A DNA stretch of 64,000 bases from Azolla caroliniana (lineage: Eukaryota; Plantae; Polypodiophyta), in contig JBHGNT010000006.1 in assembly GCA_043228905.1 (NCBI GenBank), forward strand, positions 2,294,001 through 2,358,000, in the 5' to 3' direction. Below are positions 1 to 13,322 of the stretch, one piece after another; within the stretch, counting starts at the first letter, position 1; each line of letters begins with the position of its first letter. The notes below the pieces were generated by a model that was not told the origin of the DNA, did no database searches, and saw nothing but the letters and a program-made list of their open reading frames with translations. Both the position numbers and the translations under genes were made by a program.

Positions 1-750
1 CCAAAATATGTGACCTATCCCAAATGAAGGTTCTTTATTCATTGACCGTCATTCCATTATTTTCTCAACATCAAAGCCAAAATTCAATGAGTGGGAGTTA
101 CCCCGAACGATGGTTCCCGTTCCTGGGGCTGCAACATCCCAACACATCCTTTTCTTAACAAAAATTTGGGTTCACAAGCTCAACATCAAACATACACAAT
201 GGAATTCGAGAACCTTCAGTTATACACTCACACTTTTGAGTGGTTACACCAATTCCCAATGTTAAATTCAGTATATTTCATTGTTGACTACTTTGGGACT
301 CTGAAATCTGTATTCAAGAAATTCCCAAGTAGATCAGCTTCTAATTTGGAGCACAATTAGCAGAATATTGTTGCTGAGAACAAGCTTTGTGACTGACTAC
401 TTTCCAGTTGCAAAATATTGAGTTGATCAGTAAAAATGAGTGGATAGATAGATAGATGCAACAACTCTAAAATAGAGAGAGAAAGAGATAGAGTGGGAGT
501 ACAGCTCATTTGTAATGCTGTTTGGTGAAGATGAGGTCATTCATTCAATCCCTACATTCCACACCATATTGGCAGGCTTTGAATCCAAGTTGATACATCA
601 ATAAAAAAATACGGCTTACCACAAGTATATCCTCGGTACAAAAAGAGAGAGTTGGATCATACAACGTGTTGAATGTAGGGTTCTGGGGAAACTGATTAAA
701 AGAATGTAATGGGTGGGCAGTGGCCGCACCACCCATCTGTCCACTGCCGC

Positions 751-3700
751 CTATCGATGTCCATCTGCTGCTGCCGGTTCCTCTGGCACTTGAGGTTTGA
801 GATGGCTTCCTCTATTTCTAGTGCCCATGGAAGCACTGTCATTCTCATGATGATTTCTCACACTGCTCATGGTGGAGAAATCCCCACTTTGAGAGAAATT
901 AGAGGCAATGGCAGAGTTGGCCATGTGGGCGCCACGAGACGGTGGGCGGCGAGACCGTCCATCTTCGCCGCCACCACCCATGGAGCTTTTCTTCCTCCTT
1001 CGTCCAACCCTGTTTCCAATAGTACCACTTGAGCTTCCAATCGGCCCAGACTGAGACACAAGTGAAGACATAGTTGTAGGCACCAAATGCCGTGTTATCA
1101 TTGTGCTGATATTGCTTTGTCCCGATGGCTCTAGTGGGAAACCAACCACGCCATCCTCGTGTGCAGGTGGGAACTTCTCACTCTTGCTCTTTACCTGTTG
1201 CGACATAAGCCGTCGCCTCAGCTGCAAGATAAAAATTCCACTTTTTTGTTAAAACCATTGCTTTCATATATTTGTTGATAACATTTTAAGTGTAGGGTTA
1301 TAAGCACTCAAAGACACATTTTCCAAGATCTCTATCAGTAGGACTTTTTAGGCTTATACGCAAATGCAAATGGAATGTCCCTTCATTCTCTAAGCTGTCT
1401 ATGTTTAAACCAAAACGAACAGCTCACCATAATGGTAGCTAGCCCTTTATATACCATGAAACTCAAGGTCTGTGTCCGACCATGCCTTTCTTTATATCCC
1501 TGAAATCTGAGGCCCATCTCTAGACAATAGTTATCAACACACAAAAGGATGGCTGGTTCTTTATATACCATGAAAACCTTGAACTTTTCTCTGACCACGT
1601 CTATCCAGACCGGCCATTCAAGAACAGATGGATCAATTTCTAAGCTCACAGAAGGGTAGCTAGCCCTTTATATATTCCATAAAACTCTAGGTCTGAGTAT
1701 GCTCATAACACATCATTATTACCCACAGGTAATCAAGCCATGGTTATAAATCATACCTGTATATTTGCTTGTATTTCTGCATTTGCTTCTGGCGCAGGAA
1801 TAGCTTTATTAGTTCGCTGGGTCACTCGTTTTGAAGTTTCACCACGGGAACGCACAGCTTCTGCCCTTTTTCTAGAGAAATCCATAGAAGGATTTTGGTT
1901 ATATGCAAATTATCTTATCAAACAAAATAGTGACTCATGCTTCACCCTTACCTTCTAGCTTCCTCATCTCGCAGTTTGGCATCCATCTCTTTGCTTGGTG
2001 GATATTGAGGAAGGCTCGAAGGATCACATGCATGGGGCTCAGTAGAAAAGAACTAACACATTGAAATATCATATAAGAAAACAGCTGAGGCAGCATAAAA
2101 TGTACCAAACAATTCCATACATAAGGATGTGCTTACTTCACTTGCTAAGGCCAAGGATGCTGTCCCGCGATCTGATGGCTCGATAGCCAATAATTTCTTA
2201 AGAAGAGACAATACAGGGACTGGGAAATCTTTGAAAGAGTCTTCAATGCAACACTTATATGGTTGCTGAAACTTAAACATTGTCGCTTGAGGGAGTTTTA
2301 ACCTCTTCCAATACTCCTCTGATGGTGACCCACATAGCTTAAAAATCTTGTGGAGTTGTTCAACCTGAAATGTTGTACAAGTTCATGTTGTAAGATTCGA
2401 ATATACCTTCAAGCATGAACCCAAACATAATTTATTGTGTATAAATGTGAATGAGGTCAACATCCATCAGAGTCTCAATGTGTAAATGTATTTTATGTCC
2501 ATCAGAGACAAAGTCAAAAATTGCATCTAGTAGTAGGGGGTAGCGCCAAATGAACCTCAGTTCGGCCCGGAAGAATCGGCTTTCTGGCCATAAGTTCAGC
2601 TAAAATGCATCCTGTACTCCATAGATCCACAGCGACACTATACTCAGTTGCCCCTAGTAAAAGTTCTGGTGGACGATACCAGAGTGTTACAACTCTACTT
2701 GTTAATGGTTGCTTTTGCTGGGGGTTGAAAAAGGTAGCGAGCCCAAAATCAGCAATTTTTAATATGCCCGAATTGTCGAGTAAAAGGTTGGAGCCCTTTA
2801 TATCTCGATGAAGTACATGTCGGGTGTGACAATGTTCGAGTCCTGAAAGAAGCTGGTGCATGTAACACTTCACCTGCAATATCAAATAACCACACATCAT
2901 ATCTTAAAAGATCAAAATGATTAGGAACTAAATATGCTCGTAGAAAGCTATGGAGTGTTACCTAGCTTTCTATGAGCCTTATTTCATATTTATCAATAGA
3001 ACACGATGGAGAGTCATATTTATTTGCTTAATCATAATGTACACAAAAAAGTTTTCCCATGGGGGACACAACTAGCAACTTAGCAGAAAAGTACCTGTGG
3101 CTCTGTAAAAGTGATGTCTGGGCAAGCTGCTAAACCAGCAAGATCATGCTCCATGTACTCAAATACAAGGTACAAGGAACATGACATCCTAGATGTTACG
3201 AGGCCTTCGAGCTTTATGACATTGGGGTGGTCAAGTCTTCGCAATACTAGAATCTCTCGGGCCATGAACCGGACACTTTCGGGCTCCAGATTGTCAAATC
3301 GCACCTTCTTTAAGGCGACAATCTTTCCTGATAGAAGATCACGAGCCTTATAGACATTGCTATATGTACCTTGCCCAATCTGCCATAAAAAATTCTTAGA
3401 ACATTTACCAAAGTCATGGAATCAGGAAACAAATTCATTAATTGCAACAAATTAGATGTAGGAAGGGGATTCACTTAGATCAATTTCAAAATTCCTTACA
3501 CATTTATGTGTTCTTACATTAAAACACTAACCTGCCACATGATATTAGTAGGTCTCTGCCAATTATTATGGACATGCATGTTGAGTTGAGAACTAGAATA
3601 GAAGAGGCGAACGAGGACAGATCTTGAAAACATTTTAAACACTTTTCCATCTCAGACATTGGCAAGAGCCCACATTCCATCATGTTTCCTCACAATGCAC

Positions 3701-4846
3701 AAAATTAAAAGTTTCTGCACTTGGTGAGGCTCTAAGCGGCTGTAGGAATAAGGGACTGCTGGATACCTAGATATTTTCACATTGGAAAGAACTCACTTTT
3801 TGTCATGTTTACTCACATTTTTAAATGGTGATTTTCTGAAGATGAGGATCTACCTAGGTGAAGTTTTACACATTTTTCATGTGGGAAAGAGTCTATATTT
3901 CCTCATGTTTCCTTCCACTGTTCAACATTAGTTTCAATCATGTGGGAAAGACAAGGCTCTGCATACCTAGCTGGGTGTGGTTGGGCGCAAAGAGTTTCCA
4001 GTCGCCCATATATGAAAGAACTCAACTTGTACTCATGTTCCTCTCTATATTGTTTCACAATATCCCGTGTGGGAAAGTATCCACTTTGACATTAGTTTCC
4101 TTACAGTGTTCAAGTTTGTGTCAACGGTGTTTCTTAGCAAACCTCTGCATACCTAGCTGTGCATGCTCTGGCCCTCAGGTTCAAAAGTATCACCACATTA
4201 GGTCCTAGTCTACATTGTAGGCATCATACCACAAAAAACAGTTTTATGACCCCTTGAGATTATACAATTTAGGTAGTTAGATTGCCCTTATATACCGATA
4301 AACATTACAGTAAATGAATCGCATAAGTGTAATAAATGCCTACAATTTAGTGTGATCTTATACAATAGGGTACCAAGCTAGCTAACCCCAATATATATAC
4401 ACCAAGAGAGAGGGACCAATAGGAAACTGTCGCATCATACTACAACTTACCTTGTCAAGCTTTTCAAAGGTATCAGCTTTACGCGGGATCCAGCCTTTGA
4501 TAGACTCACCAGCAACGGCTGAGAGCCAAGCCGGCCATCCAGCAGCCACTTGCTCCCCTTCGGTTTGTCGAGGGATATTTCTCGGTCCTCCTCCTCCTTC
4601 ACCAGATGCCCTCTTCTCTTCAGCATGCGTAGCCCCCTTCTTATCTTTCTTCTTGGGATCATGAGCTAAATTGCTGTCTAATGGCGCTGTCTTGGTCTTC
4701 TTCGATTTGCTATCAGCTGTATCAGAAGGTGGGGCTGACGGTAGATCGAGTCTCTCGGCCACATTGGAATGGCGGCCAGATGAAGCCTTCGGTTTCACGC
4801 TAGATCTACCTCCTCCTACTGCTTGCTTCACACAAGCACAGCCCAT
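751..4846 (-). CDS. CDK-like (CKL, At1g54610-type) serine/threonine protein kinase, 7 exons, about 637 aa
   Basis: Exons (minus strand): 4846-4451, 3379-3095, 2873-2556, 2364-2137, 2052-1952, 1871-1757, 1221-751; all introns GT-AG and the frame is preserved. Motifs: N-terminal MGCAC (lipidation-type), GEQVAAGWPAWL, IGQGTYSNVYKARD, ESVRFMAREI (CKL-type cyclin-binding helix), HRDIKGSNLL, DFGLA, VVTLWYRPPELLLG, PPSKEMDAKLRDEEARR, PAPEANAE. Confidence 0.93.
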
Positions 4847-5621
4847 CACTGAGCATTATAATACTGATTTCCACAGGGATAAAGAGTATATGTGAGAGAT
4901 CTCGGACGATTTCTATGTCTTTAAGCTAATCAGAAGTTGCATCTCTGTTTTTTCAATTTTTTTTTAACAGCCATGGCCCACAGAGAGAGGAGAAATGGAT
5001 TCGATGATACATATAACCTCTGCCTACAAAGCCATTCTTAGTCTTTCTAGGGCCCGGCCAGCCTCTGTGATAAGCTTAGATCTTGTTCTCTAGAGCTACA
5101 GTGGGGAGAAAGAGAAGCCATGAAAGCCCTCTCTCCCTGTCTCTCTCTGTGTGTGTGGGTGTGTGTGTGTCTGAATAGCTCAGTACCAAAAATAAAAAGA
5201 CCTCCTCTTCTCCTCCCCTGTTCTCTCTCTATCCTCTCAAATTTTTTTCCACACTCAGTCTCAATAATATTAATATTATTGACCTCAATAGTAGTATTTT
5301 ATGGCTTTATTAAGCCCTGACATTTATGAACCTTTCTCTCTCCAGATGAGACCTCACCATCATTTTGACCCGAATGCACCCGGGCCCCCCGACCCGATCC
5401 GATCCTCTCCACTCTCGCTCTCTCTCTCTCTCCAAACTTAGTTGGTGTTTAAGTTCTTCCTGGTTTCGTGCAATAGCAGATTGCTCGAACCATCTCGCTG
5501 AGTTAAAAATGGAAACATAAAAAAAAACATGCCCATCTTCGCACATGTGGGATGCCGTATTGTGCGTAGATGGAAACGATCGTTTTTGTCTATGCATTGG
5601 TCCTGGTAGGGAATTGAACCT

Positions 5622-5813
5622 TGCTTCTCTCCTATTATTACTTTCCTACTTAGAATTTGTGGTGTCTGACCTCGACTATGGAGACAAGTACATTCGTTCG
5701 CCCTACTTCTCGTGCCATGCTTCTCTCCTGCTATTACTTTCCTACTTAGAATTTGTGGTGTCCGACCTCAACTATGGAGACAAGTACATTCGTTCGCCCT
5801 ACTTCTCGCGCCA
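5622..5813. repeat. Two-copy tandem duplication of about 96 bp upstream of the kinase
   Basis: The unit tgcttctctcct...ggagacaagtacattcgttcgccctacttctcg starts near 5622 and again near 5718, with few mismatches. Confidence 0.9.
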
Positions 5814-7902
5814 GCAACCATTTTGTGTGCCATGTGAAAACTTCGTTTTATGTTGTGGCTTTCTCATTCTTAGTCATGCCAAAGTATGCTCGATCCTTTG
5901 AATCGTGTACCAGCAGTTTATAGCGTAGGAAAGAAAGGGGCATCAATCATCACTTTGTAACTACATATAACTAGTTGACTCTACAAAATGTAATAGTGAT
6001 GATTCAATCCTTCAAAGTTATCATATCCTTCGTCTCCACCTTTGTGTTTATTGTCATGGCCCCTACAACATGGTAGTAGGTTTGCATGTCTCTTTTCTCT
6101 TGCTGATTTTTTTTACTTCGCATTTTCTACTAATCTTTCCAAATACCAAACTTTCATCCGGTAATGTAATATCACCTTCATTATGAACAATCATGCCTCA
6201 TCGACCACAATCAAATAATAATAATCATAAATCATCAAATTATGTAATTATGGAGCAAAAGGCATAATAACTCTGGTTTCCTCGATATTTTGAGTATTTC
6301 TTAGAGGAAACCATGTTGAGGAGAGAAGTCTTTCATTTCCATCTTGAATCATCATTTGTTACTATAAATTGCCCTATCAACAATCTTGTATGCGACAAAA
6401 AAAGTTGTGTTCATGTTTAAATTACTAGCCCCAATTCTAGATCACAAAAAGTGAAATCCAAAAGTTAAGAGGGTTATTGTCTTTTGGTTTATTGAGAAAT
6501 TGGTTTATGAGTAAGGGTATGCATAGTCCAATGGTCATATTTTTGTATGTTAAGTCTCTTTTTAACTGTAAAGATGCTTGAACATATTTTTTTTTAAACC
6601 ACGTGTTGTGAGTCCCCATGAGCTAACCCAAGGACTCATTCTCTTTATTTGGTTGAGGAACAAAGAGGCTCAATGTGTGGTACATGGCAAAAGTGGACAC
6701 GAGATGATGCATAGTTTGATGAAGCTTTTTTATTTAAAATAAAACCCCGATTTTAGTGTCCTCATATTGTTGAATGTAAAATGTTGTCTTATGGTGAATT
6801 GTCAATCGTAACAATAAGATAATTAGATCATGCGTGTGATTCAATGTGTTTTTAGCTTGGTGAATCCCTAAGTGAAATTATGCAATTGTGATTCCTCATC
6901 CCTCCTCCCTCCACGTACACACAATAGCAATAAGCTAAAGTTAAGAAAATGTTAAAACAATATCTTAGTTAATGCATTGATGAGAAAACTTCCATGACCG
7001 TGATGATTGTGAATGAGCTCAAGTAAACATGTTGATGTATTGTAATTATGCTTTGATAGACTATGTTTTCCATTTAGGTGTTAGACGATTAGGAAACTAC
7101 CCCCTACCTCGTATTTAGCCGTATGGACATTTTTTTATGATCTTGCATGTTATTTTTTTGCCAATTGCGATGTGAAAATCTATCTCGTTTAGCCTTTAGG
7201 TATTGGGATTTCTATTGTAATATTTTGCATCGAAGCTAATTTAAAACATCAATAATCGTTGGTAGTACATCCTTGTTCTTTAGCATTGGTTTATAATAAT
7301 GCAAACCATCACTTTTATATGACATCATTGTTGATATAAACTAGTTGATTAGCCTTTATTAGGTATGATGTTTACATGTTTCACATATATAGCATGTAAC
7401 CGTTTTACGTTTTTTAAATCCTTTGACTAGCCGTAATACATATGAGTTCTGTGTTCTTTAATGGGTTTAATATAAATGCTAATGATTCAATATTTAATTT
7501 GAAGTGAATAAAGCAAACAACTCCATGCGTAGGGGCGATTGAAATTTGCGATACAACCTTTGCTTTGACACTTCTTGTAGACTGACGTGGAAATTACAAG
7601 AAGTAAATTTCTTCTTTTGATACCCTTTGTCCTCCAACCTTATCTTCGTCTACCATATTATGATTTGAAGTACTTGACCAATGACTTGCATTTACACATT
7701 TCTAGTAAAACAAACAAATAAATGGCTTCACACAATTATCGTGTTCACATCCTTCCTCAATGATCGAAACTAGGTAAAGTTCTATGAGGAATATTTTAAA
7801 TCGATAACATTACAACAAGTTCATGTTGGCTTTAGGTACTACTTTAGTGATGAAAGAATCCCCAAAATTTGTGGTTGGAGTAAAGTATAAATCCATTGTT
7901 TT

Positions 7903-8342
7903 TAACAATCGGCAACAGTTCAGTTTGAGAGGGTCAAAATCGAACCGTTTAAATTTTTTGAAACCTGAACTTACCATGAAATCATTAAACCGAACCATTA
8001 AAAAAAAATCAAACCATTACGCCATTAAACCGGTACAACCGCGGTTTCGTGATTTGGTTTTAGTTTTAAGGTTAGGTCAAATTTAAAATTTAAAAATTTT
8101 CATTATTTAAATTTTCAAAATTTTAAAGATTTTCTTCAAATGTGAGAATAAGGCATGAAAATGAAAAGATTCTTTAAAAACAATTTTTTAAATTTAAATA
8201 AATAAATAAATAAACCGTTTAAACTACAGTTTCTAATTGTTGAAACCGAACTGAACCGTTAAAAAAACCCAAACCAAACCAAACCGCTAAGCCACGGTTC
8301 CGTGGTTCGGTTCGGTTTAAACCGAACCATTGCTGATTGTTT
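7903..8342. mobile_element. Non-autonomous hAT-type MITE, 440 bp
   Basis: Left end taacaatcggcaacagttcagttt; the right end reverse-complements to aaacaatcagcaatggttcggttt (imperfect TIR). Perfect 8-bp flanking duplication ATTGTTTT at 7895-7902 and 8343-8350. Many internal AACCG/CGGTT subterminal motifs. An 8-bp TSD is characteristic of hAT elements. Confidence 0.85.
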
Positions 8343-9715
8343 ATTGTTTTCCCCTTCTTGTTCTTCGATAAGTCAAATTAAATTAGAAATCGTTATTGTC
8401 AAGATGCTTCAAATTTTTGTGTTGTTGGCAGAATTAATCAAGGCAATGCATGGTTGGTTGTTGATTCTCAACTTGAAGATGGTTGAGATAGGTGATGTTT
8501 GGCAACATATAAGAAATTGATTTAGATTAATCTCCGTGTGTAGTTCTTGAATCCAAACACCTCTTTGATATGCTTGGCCGCAAAATTTAACTTTCCTTCA
8601 AAATAATGTGATTGAATTCTACTTCTTTTTCCCCATGATATTGCTCTAATTGCAAGAGAAACAATAAGACAATATTTGTTTATCTTGCTCAATTATTTAG
8701 AGTTATGCTAGGCACATATTCCCTACATGCTTGGTTGCTAAATCCATTTGAGTTGTTATATATCATAACTATAGGCATTGTTGATTGTGACAAGTGCATT
8801 ATCATTTTGATGGGTTTTGTTCATGGCGACATGTATCTTTAACCCTCCCATCATATAAGGTCATGTTTGTCTACCTTACGTTACAACACATGTAAATGGG
8901 GTATTGTTTGATGTTTTCCATGGGGTACCATGATGGCTAAAACGGATGTGATTTTGTGGTCTTCACATAAAAACTTTGTGGACATAAAGCACCTTGTTTT
9001 GAGACGAGTTTCCTTTGTATACTTAGCATCGAATTCAGGTTTAAAATTTTGTTTTTTTTTTCAAAATAAAATAAACTAAAAAGTTTGAACCTGAAGTTGA
9101 TACTAAGAATCGAATTGTGATGAAAACACTTTGAACCTGAGTATCAAATTGTACTGAAATCTCTATTTTTAAAATAATTGTGTCAATGGTAACCATTGTG
9201 TATGAATTTACACTACTAAAAGTTGGATGACCAAGTGAGTTTCATTCACGTGAGGATTAAAGCCTTAATGTTTTCACCATGGATCGCATGAACCAAGTCC
9301 TCCATTAGCTGGTGAACTTAGGGAGCTTATTGACTTTGACGATGAGCTACTAGAGGACCCTACCATTGCTAGCCTATGTGGAGCAGATACTACTGCACAA
9401 ATTTAGGAGGAGAGTTCTTAAAAGAAGAAGAGGAAAGCAATGTGAATACGCTGATAATTATGTGATATGTTCTAAGGATATATTAATGTTCACGTCTAGG
9501 TTTGACAGTTTTGATAGTTCATGAATATTGTCTATATTTTTTGAGCTCTGACTTTATGGATATTGATGAGCACTAAATTTATAGATCTTTATGACACTTT
9601 CAGAACCATTAATCTTAACTCATGCATTGTGATTTTCCTTAAGTTAACTACTTTTCATATTTGTAGACCATCAACGTTCAAACATTTATCGAAAAACTAT
9701 TGAATTTTGGAAATT

Positions 9716-10979
9716 TATTTATTTATTTATTTGTTTTTCAAAAAAAAAACTCCTTCATTAGTTATAAATTTTTACAAATGAGACGATTATGTACAAATCC
9801 CTGTAGGGACGCGATAGTTCCATCTTATGTGGATGCCCACTGACTCAAGAGAGGGAGATGACGACCATTGTTGGATGAAGGCTATTCGTTGTCTTTCAAC
9901 TCCATCATAGCCGCCCTTGAGGCCTAGCCCATCATATTGGCTCTTTAGAGTGGCTACAATTTCACTCCATATCTCTTGCAGTAACCTTGTTGGATGTGCG
10001 ATTTGGTTGGAGAAGACTTGCCTACATTGTTGTTTCCATTGAATCCAAAGAGTTATTGGGCTGACCAATTCCAACACCTCTTGAGATCTGTCATTAAGAG
10101 GACTGGAGTGGACATTGCCGCTAGAGGAGAAAAATACCCCTTGTGCTTTTATCACCAAAGTCATCCCCTCCTCCTGATGCTCGTATATGCCAAATACGGT
10201 CTACCATGATAGCCAACATATATTTCTCCACTTGATTGAGCCTTGCACCTGGCATAATTACAACAAGCGGCCAACCCCCCGCCATATTCGATGGGACGTT
10301 GGGCAATCCCACAGAGCGTGTCGTATTGATTCTACTGCATGTGGGCACTCTACACAATTAGGAGAGATAAGGTTCCCACGTTGCCATGCTCCCACCAGTA
10401 GGGACTTATGTATTAATAGCCATTGGAATGTGGTAATTCGCCTCGTGTGTTGTTGTTTCCAGATTTTCTGCCAAAACTTGGTGATTCTTGTAGGAGGAAC
10501 TTGAAATGTGTGCCAGCCAGACCTTCGCAGCAACCGGCTCTCGGGCGGTTTGAGCAGCTAGAATGTGGCGACCCAATCTAGTTGTGAATTGGAAGAAAGG
10601 GATGGGTTTGCTTCCTTGTCCCGTGTAGGGATCACGCCATGTCCATTGCAAAGGGTTCCAAATGACCTTACCTAGCCATGTGTTTTCATGAGTACATATG
10701 TGCCAATTGGGTTGTACTTTGATCGGATCAAGAACTACAATCCATTTATGACCAGTATACGCAAGTACTCGAATTACGTTATTCTATGTTGGTGTCTTAG
10801 TGTTTCGCAATTCAGAGCCTTCGAGCGTGTCTAGTGGTCCCCTACCTCTCGGGATCAGAGATCCCTCCTCCTCGTGGCCTATCCATTTCTCCATTGTCGT
10901 CCTTTGAGTAGCAGATTCCCTAATCAGTAGAGCGTTAATGATTTCCGATCTCATAGTCCATCCACCCCTGATTCCATGG
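9716..10979 (-). mobile_element. 5'-truncated L1-like LINE (3' end of ORF2 with zf-RVT domain), degenerate
   Basis: The minus-strand ORF at 10258-10533 reads FWQKIWKQ...FQWLLIHKSL...CVECPHAVESIRHALWDCP, a zf-RVT signature, followed by TLWIQWKQQCRQVFS. A (TAAA)n/A-rich tail lies at about 9716-9740. Imperfect 14-bp TSD: gaattttggaaatt (9702-9715) and gaattctagaaatt (10980-10993). Confidence 0.85.
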
Positions 10980-12007
10980 GAATTCTAGAAATTATTATTT
11001 GACACTTGTTAAATCTAAAAAAATCAGCAAATTTTATATGTTATTTACGACATGTGATACTGGTGTATCCACTTTTTTGAAAATTGCCTAAAATCGCAAA
11101 TTATAAAAGGAATCTAATAAAAGATTATGGGATCCTTCCACTTCTAAACGTGAATGTGTTCAGATTTGATGTCATTTTGTTCTAGCATGGAAATTATCGT
11201 ACATGTGTTGTCATTACAAAGATTTAGAAAACCAATGGGTGATACCTTGAAGCGTCATCAACCATTCTTGGATGTAATATTCTTACTTAAAATTATGATG
11301 GTGTTAATGTTCTTGTATTGTCAATGAAATCCTTTTGTAGATACCCATTCATCCTATTTTTATAGGGAATGATCACTATTAGCATTGTATTCTTCGTGGC
11401 TTATAACACACATGAGAGCATTGTTTTATCAAGTTTATTCTGATAATTTGGTGAAGAACCAAAGCATTCACTTTTCTATTGATTTGTGGAACTATCTTGC
11501 TGAGTAGAATTATGATGCTATGAAAATTCACCAGAACCCATTAAGACTATAAGACTAATGTTTACTTGATTATGTAAGTTTGCAATGGACATGTGATGTT
11601 CATTTTTGGGTGTGTGCTTACATGCTTTGTTATTTGTGTTAGCACACTTTTCTAGTTTTCACTTGCATTCTAAGTCCACGTTAGTGGTAACATTACTTTA
11701 GAGAACATGTAAGTTTGCGTACAAAAGTTTAAACCAAGAAACATATCAGAAATTCCCATCTTTGCATTCCCAAATGTAAGAATGAAAAACAGAACATTTC
11801 ATTGTCATAGGTATATACACATTGAATTCATCATACATACATGCAGACACACAAAACATGTACACTCAAATATTTATGTTTTTAAGTATATATTCTAAGA
11901 CGTAAAATATTCTAAAGCATTCAAGAACCTACACACATATGCAACACTTGGCACAATCAAATACCACATAGTACCACTATTGTGATTGTTGGTCTTCAAG
12001 TTCAGAC

Positions 12008-12014
<7 letters not shown>

Positions 12015-12044
<30 letters not shown>

Positions 12045-12061
12045 TGTATGTATGTATGTAT
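12015..12061. repeat. (TATG)n microsatellite
   Basis: Read directly from the sequence. Confidence 0.95.
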
Positions 12062-12244
12062 GATACCTACAAGCCCAAGGATAGAGTAAACTTATGAAAT
12101 GTTGGTTAAATAGGTAGGGTAAGGAGGAATACATTAATATGCAATACTAAGCCTCCATTTTGATGTTTATTTCCTGAAATTGACCAAGAAGCAAAAAGTA
12201 TGGAACACGAACTCTGGTAGGAACATTTTTGTGGTGGGAAAATT

Positions 12245-12630
12245 GTTAAGTTTTAAGTTGACGTGTTAAGTTTTAAGTTTGTGTAATTTTAGAAGGTATG
12301 AGTTTCAATGTATGTGTAATATCTCTCATTTGAGTTTTAAGGTATGTAATTTGAAGCTCGAGGTTTTAAGTTTGGTGTAATTGGAAGGTTTTGAGTTTTA
12401 AGGTGTGTAATTTCAAGCTTTAAGTTCTAATTTCGGTGTAATTGAAAGATTTTGGTTTTCGATGATGCATATTGGTGTGTAATTTGAAGTTTTAAACTTT
12501 AATGTAAGTGTAATTTGAAGTTTTTAAGTTTTGTGTTATTGGAAGTTTTTGTTTTTTTAGAGGAATTTGGTGTAAGATTTTGATGGCAAATTTGTGTGTT
12601 ACACTCATAATCTTTTGAAGTTTTTGATGT
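12245..12630. repeat. Degenerate GT-rich tandem array (ttttaag/gtgtaatttgaag motifs)
   Basis: Recurrent gttttaag...tgtaatt(t)gaag motifs with strong strand asymmetry (almost no C on the + strand). Confidence 0.65.
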
Positions 12631-12857
12631 CTGATTTTGGGTCGGGCTCCTAGTGACACATGCCAACAATGAGTCCCGCGGGTTCTTGTCCTAAATCGGA
12701 TGGGCTCCTGTGGTGGTGGCACAAAGGTTGCTAGCTTTTTCGATGGCGCACTTGTTTATTATCTAGATCGGACGGTGCCCTACACCCTCCGTGGGTGCGA
12801 TTTCCTCGCCAGGCCTCTTTATGATTTGGTAGCAGTTAGAGATGAGCATCCATCCAT

Positions 12858-12981
12858 CCATACATACACATACATACACATACATACATACATGATACAT
12901 ACATACATACATACATACATACATACATACATACATACATGATACATACATATATACATACATACATACATACATACATAC
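12858..12981. repeat. (CATA)n microsatellite, imperfect
   Basis: Read directly from the sequence. Confidence 0.95.
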
Positions 12982-13322
12982 AAGCATCCAAGCATCATGG
13001 AAGCATCCAAGCAGACAAATGCTCCCCCATCTAATCTGACCTTTTCATTTGTGTGGAAGAAGAAGAAAACGAAGGAAGAAGAGGGAAGGAGGAGAAAGAA
13101 GAGGGAAGAAGAAGATAGAGAGAGCTATCCATCGAGTGAACATGGATCAGCCCCCTTGTACGAGAAAGAAGGTAGCCCAGCATGCTAAAGTAGTGGATAT
13201 GGAAGTGAGAGAAGAGAACGAGAGAGATATGATGAGAGAGAAAAGAGAAAAGAGAAGAGAGAAAAGAGTGGAGATGAGAGGAGAGGAGAGGCTGTCATCC
13301 AATCTAATAATTATCAAAAGCC

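Noticed and set aside
12700-13010. ORFs rich in YIHT/MYVC repeats (also at 11895-12134 and 59111-59581)
   Set aside because: These are translations of (CATA)n/(TATG)n microsatellites, not proteins.
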